From a candidate division FCPU426 bacterium (GTDB taxonomy: Bacteria > Oederibacteriota > JAAXVQ01 > JAUVAV01), in the NCBI GenBank assembly GCA_030637655.1, contig DAOWGI010000055.1, positions 1-23,821 on the forward strand: a stretch of DNA of 23,821 nucleotides. Direction: 5' to 3'. The translations under genes and the position numbers were made by a program. Every line of letters begins with the position of its first letter. Within the stretch, counting starts at the first letter, position 1. This document shows, in pieces, positions 19,201 to 23,821 of the stretch. Below the pieces are notes generated by a model that saw only the letters and a list, made by a program, of their open reading frames with translations, did not search any database and was not told the origin of the DNA.

Positions 19201-19652
19201 CCTGTGATCTTTCCCTGCTTGACAAAATAATCGCTCACTTCTTCGCGGATTTTTTTAATTGGGAAAGTGCTTATCTTATCCGTATTAACAGTATCAAAAG
19301 CGCCTTCTTCACCCACCAGCTTCAAGCCATGCTTTTTTACCAGGTGCCGGATAATGCCGGCAATATTCTTCTGCACCTCATAATTGCAGTGCAAATCCTG
19401 TATGCAGACCACGGTTTTTTCCTTGCCCTGAAAACCCTGTTTAATGGCGCCTATTTTCTCCGGAATGTTCAGCGCTTTTCCCAGGTGAGCAATACGCAAA
19501 AAATGAGGTTGAAATATAGCATAATTCTTGGCATCAAACGCCCAGGTCACATAGGGCAACACAAAACTCACAGTCATCAAAATGGCGCAGGCTTTCAGTT
19601 GGATGCTAAGACGGGGATGACGAAAAGCAGCGATAGATAGAGTATTATTCAT
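13269..19652 (-). CDS. Giant (2127 aa) modular membrane-associated protein of unknown function
   Basis: Uninterrupted 6.4-kb ORF with GGGAG RBS; signal-like hydrophobic segment (aa ~21-38); IQDLHCN/EEG/GGFH domain; two TM bundles (aa ~680-815 and ~1310-1425); duplicated HEAT-like region. Confidence 0.9.
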   Translation of the reverse strand: MNNTLSIAAFRHPRLSIQLKACAILMTVSFVLPYVTWAFDAKNYAIFQPHFLRIAHLGKALNIPEKIGAIKQGFQGKEKTVVCIQDLHCNYEVQKNIAGIIRHLVKKHGLKLVGEEGAFDTVNTDKISTFPIKKIREEVSDYFVKQGKITGAEYYACTSGQDIRLEGIETPSLYQASQKAVRSFLNAESQGYCYDLRDILEELKADIYNSRLLKFDGKRVAYREGDIDILKYSAYLHHIARKLRVNLSVYPNLARFLSLKQNFFSAQVDPDHLFQELDKLDAAIRQQLYTDKTQQELDELYHRLDIVERLLNISVTPEELETFRAQREKYTTQAFINFINQVETHDRASLQHEYLLDPEMHVLDEYLKQVEDFYRLADERSIHFVDNLVRKMDRLDEKLAVMINGGFHTDKVLAELKRRDITYVSIKPRVTRQDVVNPYFSLLQGRETPLEKLLAKNQTIMGLLTSWYSRFFLTNVELKMKALQTVFKIPEMLMPAVNKYIEENTLVEVAALNEEEMAEYNIPSLENIIILSTSLRTEQGEVLTVVMAPRGLFREKILASLSLETTEFTEYFFSIFPTPTQAAVALDSSYQQTTSLTFGWLVKNLQRWITNPSVPVSAILGNLAAMQMAQAQKGPGKASKRAMSLGGKSELLKMWTLKLFPRLAPHYDNFLVPIETVWYIVFGGIGLLGWSGMHLVIAQWLSIIVQQWLSIIAQFLPTDSLTTILQSMFKLAFILPVLFHLDKVFAWSKLDKILPFLRTEPKTLLKNAAIAAFISLVTGLVWWGIPAFIFPMVRLLISLIAFLVFHQIFNQYFESGTGLTREKKLNEELVRVVINSFIKGKKPFNLIDILKIIEFAEKHDLKDLKSDFIKLAIVSYKDRRIVSSILLLMKKWGLTDKEILAELMEISPDTDIGMIMLVSSLEDLKPSQALPVYKKALQSDDPSIVNAALWAIANPESYFARHAGESAAPSPGPIDDVTVKLIIQLIVKNSILKNGILSTNETSGLAFETLIKLLRSENRDKVKKVFEEMTSENTEDIGLKILSQEFDIIIKKSLESFKILRKIKHARKHNLQNLKSEFIKKATIFYNDKKVINAILSLLKKWKVTDEEILKELTAISPDIRVMISLVSELKDLKLSQTLQVLRRALQSDDSLIVNTALWVIVEKKSYFVRATTGKAAAPPGPIDKETVKLIIELTVKDAKFVKGFLETDKHGHRAFRILVKLAESENRDKVMEVFAEMQRGESSVDLRLRRLTKKVSDHIEYLESVESKAESPPVPAARISGAIGRLGEMLKLTPSQMGKQEGRAAAFFSFFPVLHFILKDAPTFIDFGLLIILPVVLTFAAFIIAHYAGGVLQYDSKESKYVSSLTLDKDQTVYQRLNLAGKASLTATWSSLLGMAVVGVVAAMGWLGPMALVALAVLAIPFGGRLHERANLPYERENIDYTDTEKYPTLAKLYKDMKIKPGNGEKPLDGHVIGERLSEYVDTIFGKKYNLKENVRFLIGPAFSVSFQEIKPDAKEDITQEYLKEKTIFVISMPEWLWNIAKKDKNAKWWYGPVHYMLGVRLKLSLIWLSLERRILYKLIEWGWDRKGEVVKYIVGKSPEVERTIGPKEDRPQAEKDLPIGLDAFLQICNQELNVPIASKELSTELSSDLADEKMKEEIEAAAKDPEKRKKLFKDHPYWFQKRQVATMLNAAQSRENTLAGMLKQDLLQEEADESLKTKAEQALLAAIIRGDKVDLLYDFAIGDIETLHLQAFPEMAKRLLAEEKEALKNSPVLKIVLEEMKNAKPGEIITISVDDQVRKLVKKYQRPEKAGEATQSFALGKTAEGDSAFAIASTNELEHYKVKVKDEEEITFYLPIVGQVRVGKDSDLVAAIKRINNQKQAIKLFAGRDSLAQGIVGVKNDAKLSASERMWIGISNKLWFGQSRHSSVATANPDGYFNYMVEKLEAAIQSQITTKAGETTFIPFITELRRSGSDMQKAVIAVLQTANKDKETQFQAQEQLAHNLRALITNYNKIFQLENIEESTDLLAENIFNIEAFSRFAELMDPIMVVERNYATPDKHGALANIIKELGIRQTNVSLPYILQGHSRGAQGAYQDTLRKNNYIVDEENTKKFRRKAIKLFGGAA
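15950..17100 (-). repeat. Intragenic tandem duplication, two copies with a ~627-630-bp period (~209 aa, HEAT-like)
   Basis: TTATCCCTGTTCTCGCT at 15964 and 16591; GATTGGTCCGGGA at 16104 and 16731; peptides KALQSDDPSIVNAALWAI / RALQSDDSLIVNTALWVI, PGPID and SENRDKV each occur twice. Confidence 0.9.
17511..17558 (-). repeat. 24-bp in-frame tandem duplication (QWLSII x2)
   Basis: TTGCGCTATAATGGACAGCCATTG / TTGCACTATAATGGACAGCCATTG, one mismatch. Confidence 0.9.
18602..18629. repeat. Perfect 28-bp GTAG-type REP palindrome inside the giant ORF
   Basis: GTAGAGACGCACGATCGTGCGTCTCTAC is its own reverse complement; it is translated as VETHDRASL(Q), aa 342-351. Confidence 0.9.
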
Positions 19653-19847
19653 TGGCCGTTTCTCCCTAATATCCCTTTATTTTAAACATATCATAGAAAA
19701 CCAAGAAAGCAAGGGGCGTAAATAAATAATCCTAAAAACGGCGGTTGAAAAAGGTTGAAAACAACAAAACATGTGTAATATAAAGGTATTCTTTAAAGGC
19801 GAGTCCAAAAAGAATACCTCAATAAAAGAAAGATATAAAGTAGATAC

Positions 19848-20010
19848 CTAGTGTCGTGTTTCACAAGTACGTTGAATATATATTTTGTCATTCCGGCATG
19901 CTTTTAGCCGGAATCCAGGGAATTTATCCGCAAAAACAATGTTTTTCTGGACCCCGGCTAAAATCATGCCGGGGTGACATATTCATGTTATTTCTGAAAC
20001 ACGATACTAG
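19848..20010. mobile_element. MITE-like element bounded by CTAG, enclosing a GTCA-type REP doublet
   Basis: CTAGTGTCGTGTTTCACAAGTACGTTGAATAT versus right-end reverse complement CTAGTATCGTGTTTCAGAAATAACATGAATAT (26/32). Inner GTCATTCCGGCATGCTTTTAGCCGGAATCCAG...CTGGACCCCGGCTAAAATCATGCCGGGGTGAC at 19887-19978. Confidence 0.8.
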
Positions 20011-20039
20011 GAGTGTGAGCAATTAGTCGCTCCACTCCC

Positions 20040-20113
20040 GAGCAATTGAGAATAGAATAAAAGAACAATAGAAAAAGCTCAATTGCGGTCTATTTTCTAT
20101 TGTTCAATTGTTC
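20040..20113. repeat. Short-period (about 8-mer) inverted-repeat cluster
   Basis: GCAATTGAG (20042-20050)/CTCAATTGC (20078-20086) and GAACAATAGAAAA (20063-20075)/TTTTCTATTGTTC (20093-20105). Confidence 0.7.
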
Positions 20114-20147
20114 AGGAATTTAAAAAATCGACTAAATGCTCAGGCTC

Positions 20148-20807
20148 CTAGTATTTAATCTCGACCAGCCGGTAGCAAAATTGCGGCGCGGGTGTTTGGG
20201 AAGTGATGTTTATAAACTCGGTTTCCTGTTGTATTCCTATACGGGTGGATATTCGTGCGGAATTTTCCTCTGAAGCCGGCAGGGTTGCCATACCGACAAT
20301 AAAACCAATAGCAGCGCCGGACAAGCCGCCGATGCCGAGTCCGATCATGCCATGATAAAAATTGGAATCCATGTTACTCCGGCGTTCAGTTTCATCCTCC
20401 TGCTCGTCATCTTCCAAAGCCCAAGGAATAAGAGCCCAGAAAGCGCCCAGAAATGCACCGCCCAAAGCACCGATGCCGGTAGTGGCCAAGGGGTGTTCGC
20501 CCGGAAAATTCCGATGGCTGGTCAGCTCATAGGTATCCAGCGTGACTCCCACAAGCGTGCCGGCAAGCAATCCACAGAACGAATTGTCGAGAATATGCAG
20601 CGGATTCATATTTTTGCTCAAACCATAATGATACAGACCCAAAAAACCACCCACAGCCAGACCGAGCATGGCGCCACGGCGCATTTCTTCAAACGTACGC
20701 TCACCTGAAGCAGCTCCCAAACGAAAAGAAGTGATAAGTAGAATTTCGCAAATAATAAGAACTCTAATTTGTTTTTTCAGCATCTCATATTTTTGCAGCA
20801 TGGACAA
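20148..20807 (-). CDS. Hypothetical membrane protein with glycine-zipper helices
   Basis: Four GxxxG-rich hydrophobic segments (GAMLGLAVGGFLG, GLLAGTLVG, GIGALGGAFLG, GLGIGGLSGAAIG). The exact start is uncertain. Confidence 0.75.
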   Translation of the reverse strand: MSMLQKYEMLKKQIRVLIICEILLITSFRLGAASGERTFEEMRRGAMLGLAVGGFLGLYHYGLSKNMNPLHILDNSFCGLLAGTLVGVTLDTYELTSHRNFPGEHPLATTGIGALGGAFLGAFWALIPWALEDDEQEDETERRSNMDSNFYHGMIGLGIGGLSGAAIGFIVGMATLPASEENSARISTRIGIQQETEFINITSQTPAPQFCYRLVEIKY

Positions 20808-20884
20808 TTTCCTTTGAAACTAGTGACATACATATACTGGAACCTCTGAAACAGTCCTGGCGGAGGTAAGAACAAGCGGAGCTT

Positions 20885-20999
20885 TCAGGGGGACCGCAGG
20901 TCCCCCTGACGCAAACGCCGATGCGTTTTGCTGGCCCCTCCTATCCGATTCAGGGGCTCCGCCCCCGAACCCCCGCTCTCTATTTTTATAATAGAGAGC
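20885..20999. repeat. Cluster of hairpins downstream of the GGDEF/HD-GYP gene
   Basis: TCAGGGGGACC-GCA-GGTCCCCCTGA (11-bp stem, 20885-20909), GGGGCTCCGCCCC (within 20951-20975), and GCTCTCTATT-TTTAT-AATAGAGAGC (10-bp stem, 20975-20999). Confidence 0.6.
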
Positions 21000-21007
21000 C
21001 TTTGTTA

Positions 21008-22591
21008 TTACATCTCTTTTATTACTTTCAGAAAAGCCTCCACTACCCGGGGATCGAATTGGGCACCCGAACCCTCCTCTATGATTTTCACGGCTTCTTC
21101 CCGGCTAAAAGCTATGCGATACGGCCGGTTTGTGATTAAAGCTTTATATACATCCGCCACAGCGATAATTCTCGCGCCCAAAGGAATCTCCTCTCCTCTC
21201 AATCCGGAAGAATATCCCAGTCCGTCATATCGCTCGTGATGATAAAGTATAATAAATATTACCTCGTGTAAAAAATGGATGGATTTGATGATCTCCGCCC
21301 CGATACGCGGATGTTCTTTAATCTCCGCGTATTCCCGCTCATCAAGTTTATCTTTCTTGTGTAAAATATCCTCTGAAATGCCGATTTTGCCCAAGTCGTG
21401 CAGTATCACCGCATGACGTAGATTTTCTATTTCCCGGTCGGAAAGCTCAAGTTCTTTTGCTATGCCCACGACTATGACTAATATATTTTCAGTCTCTTCT
21501 CCGAAATAACAATCTTTGGCATCAATGGTTCTGGCAAAGGCATATATTGATTCCAATAGGTTCCGGTTCACCCGGTTTTCCATCTTTGCCAGTTTTTCCT
21601 TTAAATTATCCACCTTTTCCTTGCCACCCTTGTCCACGATTTTTTCTATGTCCATCCGGCTTATCCCCTGAAATAGCGAAAGACGGCCCCCCCCCATTTC
21701 TTTGGCATTTCGCAATGCCTGGTCGGATGAATCCAGCAATTCGGATTCCGTATTAAAACCATCTTCCGGAAAACTGGCTATGCCCATGCTTATTTTAAGT
21801 TTTATCCGCTTGCCCTTCGGATCAAAAACATGCTCTTGGAGGCTTTCCAAGAGCCGTTTCCCAAATTGCCAGGCACCGCTTTTTCCGGTATCGGGCAGCA
21901 GTACCAGGAATTCCTCACCGCCGTATCGAACCACAATGTCATTAGTCCGGGCGCAACTTAATAAATATGCGGCCAATTCCTTTAAGATCACATCACCATA
22001 CTGGTGACCATATACATCATTAATGGATTTAAAATAATCAATATCCACCATTAAAATGGAAAGCGATAAAATATATCGCTGAGCTCTTTTAAACTCCCAG
22101 GCCACCCGCTCACGCAAGTACCGGTAATTATGTAAATTTGTAAGGGGATCTTTTACGCTGAGCTCTTTCAGTTTTTTAATTAATTTTTTATTTTCCCAGG
22201 AGATACTCTGCATTTTAAGGGCTTTTTTAATGGTTATCTTTACCTCGTCCACATTTAGCGGTTTTTGCAGATAAGCAAATGCCCCGCGGTTCATGGCATC
22301 AACCGCGCTTTCCACGGACGCGAAACCGGTGCAAACGACAATCATAAGGTCGGTATTACGGCTTTTTATTCCCTGGAGCAACTCTAATCCCGAACCAGCG
22401 GGAAATCTAATATCCAGTAGTATCAAGTTATAAAATTCTTTCCTTAATTGTTGCCGGGCCGGCTCGACAGACTCCACACCGGTTATTTTGTATCCTTCCT
22501 CGCTTAAAATATCCTGCAGGTTTTCACGCATATTATCATCATCATCAACTATCATAATCTTGATATCTTTTCCCATTGAACCTTTCCTCAC
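21008..22591 (-). CDS. Response regulator with REC, GGDEF diguanylate cyclase and HD-GYP-like domains
   Basis: REC (IVDDD, LLD, QKP); GGDEF (DIDYFKSIND, RTND I-site, RYGGEEF); HD-GYP-like (LHDLGKI, HHERYDGLGY, RPYR, GAQFDP). The start is GTG 22591 or ATG 22576. Confidence 0.93.
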   Translation of the reverse strand: MRKGSMGKDIKIMIVDDDDNMRENLQDILSEEGYKITGVESVEPARQQLRKEFYNLILLDIRFPAGSGLELLQGIKSRNTDLMIVVCTGFASVESAVDAMNRGAFAYLQKPLNVDEVKITIKKALKMQSISWENKKLIKKLKELSVKDPLTNLHNYRYLRERVAWEFKRAQRYILSLSILMVDIDYFKSINDVYGHQYGDVILKELAAYLLSCARTNDIVVRYGGEEFLVLLPDTGKSGAWQFGKRLLESLQEHVFDPKGKRIKLKISMGIASFPEDGFNTESELLDSSDQALRNAKEMGGGRLSLFQGISRMDIEKIVDKGGKEKVDNLKEKLAKMENRVNRNLLESIYAFARTIDAKDCYFGEETENILVIVVGIAKELELSDREIENLRHAVILHDLGKIGISEDILHKKDKLDEREYAEIKEHPRIGAEIIKSIHFLHEVIFIILYHHERYDGLGYSSGLRGEEIPLGARIIAVADVYKALITNRPYRIAFSREEAVKIIEEGSGAQFDPRVVEAFLKVIKEM

Positions 22592-22962
22592 CTCGCTGAA
22601 TTACTTGTTTTTTCCAACAGAACCAGAAACCTCTCAATATTCAAAGGTTTCCGCACAACTTCGAACTCACCCTTTTGCAGTCCCTCTCTATAAAAAATAT
22701 CGTCCGCAAAAGCCGTTATCATAATCACCTTCAAACCGGGCGAGATCTTCTTTAATATCTTCAAGGTATCTATGCCACTGATCCCAGGCATTTTAACATC
22801 CATCAGCACCAGATTAAATTGCTCTTTTTTCACGGCAGCTATGGCCTGATAGCCGCTAAATACCGTCATTACTTCATACCCTTTTAATTCCAGGATATCC
22901 AATAAACTTTCACACAAATCCCGGTTGTCGTCTACTATTAACAGCTTGATTTTTCGTGACAC
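22588..22962 (-). CDS. Single-domain response regulator (REC)
   Basis: LIVDDN, LMDVKMPGISG, ITA and RKP motifs; 124 aa; coupled to both neighbours. Confidence 0.95.
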   Translation of the reverse strand: MSRKIKLLIVDDNRDLCESLLDILELKGYEVMTVFSGYQAIAAVKKEQFNLVLMDVKMPGISGIDTLKILKKISPGLKVIMITAFADDIFYREGLQKGEFEVVRKPLNIERFLVLLEKTSNSAR

Positions 22963-22965
22963 GGG

Positions 22966-23821
22966 CTACTCTCCCCCCGGCTTATCCGTGATAGGCAGGA
23001 TAACCGTTATTCCAGTCCCGCGGCCCGGTTCGGATTCAACCTGAATGTTTCCCCGATGTTTCTCCACTATCATTTTACAGATGGCCAGCCCAAAACCGAT
23101 ACCCCGTTTCTTGGTGGTAAATAGAGGACGGAAAATACTTTCCCGGTTTGCGGGAAAAATGCCTTCACCGGTATCCCGGATAACTATTTTAATCCTCTGC
23201 TCCCCCTCCTTATCGACCTGCACGGTAATCCGGCCCTGGTCCTTAACGGCTTCCACGGCATTTTTAATAATATTGGTGAATACCATATATAATTGTTCCT
23301 TATCCGCCTCAATAAAAATTTCTTCCCGGGGGTAATACCTGGCCAGTTGTATGCGGTCCGGAAGCTCCAGAGCTTCCACCGCATCATCCAATATGTGGAT
23401 TAAATTCCAGCGGGCTTTATACGGCGGTTTCATACCCGACAAACTTAAAAGACTGTCAATGATTGCGTTGGAGTTTTGGACTTCAGCCTGGATTCGCGCA
23501 ATATGTTTTTGTATTTTTTCATCCTCCGTGTTGAGCTTTATTTTTAGATAATAGGCGGAACTATTGATGACATTGAGGGGATTACGGATTTCGTGGGATA
23601 TGCTTCCGGCTAATTGTCCCAGTATGGCCAGATGTTCCGCCACCAGCAAGTCTTCCCGCGTTTCATGCAGCTGTTGGGTCCGTTCCTCCACTATTTCCTC
23701 CAGATGGTCCCGGTGCCGCTGCAGCGCGGCTTCGGTCTGCTTCATTTTCTCCACCAGGCGGGCGTTTTCCAGGGCAATGGCCGCCTCGTAAGTGAATAAT
23801 TTGGTTAATCCGGTTCTTTCC
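22966..23821 (-). CDS. Sensor histidine kinase (HisKA + HATPase), N-terminus beyond the right edge of the window
   Basis: SHEIRNPL H-box, NIIKNA N-box, DTGEGI, FTTK and GIGFGL. The frame is open to the window edge and reads ...AAIALENARL..., typical of the end of a GAF domain. Confidence 0.95.
   Translation of the reverse strand, partial: ERTGLTKLFTYEAAIALENARLVEKMKQTEAALQRHRDHLEEIVEERTQQLHETREDLLVAEHLAILGQLAGSISHEIRNPLNVINSSAYYLKIKLNTEDEKIQKHIARIQAEVQNSNAIIDSLLSLSGMKPPYKARWNLIHILDDAVEALELPDRIQLARYYPREEIFIEADKEQLYMVFTNIIKNAVEAVKDQGRITVQVDKEGEQRIKIVIRDTGEGIFPANRESIFRPLFTTKKRGIGFGLAICKMIVEKHRGNIQVESEPGRGTGITVILPITDKPGGE

Noticed and set aside
12817-20010. Composite transposon carrying the giant gene between two MITEs
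   Set aside because: The two flanking elements have unrelated ends, and each has its own local duplication, so they look like independent insertions.

Overview
Bacterial chromosomal window. Recognisable housekeeping genes are htpG, a cold-shock protein gene and carB. Also present are an RRM RNA-binding protein with a 22-aa Gly/Arg/Tyr-rich tandem-repeat tail (cut by the left edge and missing from the ORF track), several orphan lipoproteins, a Zn-dependent phospholipase C/P1-nuclease-fold gene, and a histidine kinase / response regulator / REC-GGDEF-HD-GYP operon cut by the right edge. Two things stand out. (1) A 2127-aa modular membrane protein with a signal-like N-terminus, a ~400-aa domain whose motifs (DLH...EEG...R...GGFH) match the order seen in the EreA/ChaN/TIKI superfamily, an in-frame 28-bp REP palindrome, a local GC step, two TM bundles and a ~209-aa HEAT-like duplication. 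(2) Five of the longer intergenic gaps hold a nested non-autonomous element: a MITE-like shell (terminal inverted repeats, four of five with a recognisable target duplication; four end types) enclosing a palindromic cargo, with shells and cargos apparently mixed combinatorially. No transposase, rRNA, tRNA or CRISPR array was seen. All family assignments come from reading motifs by eye, not from database searches.
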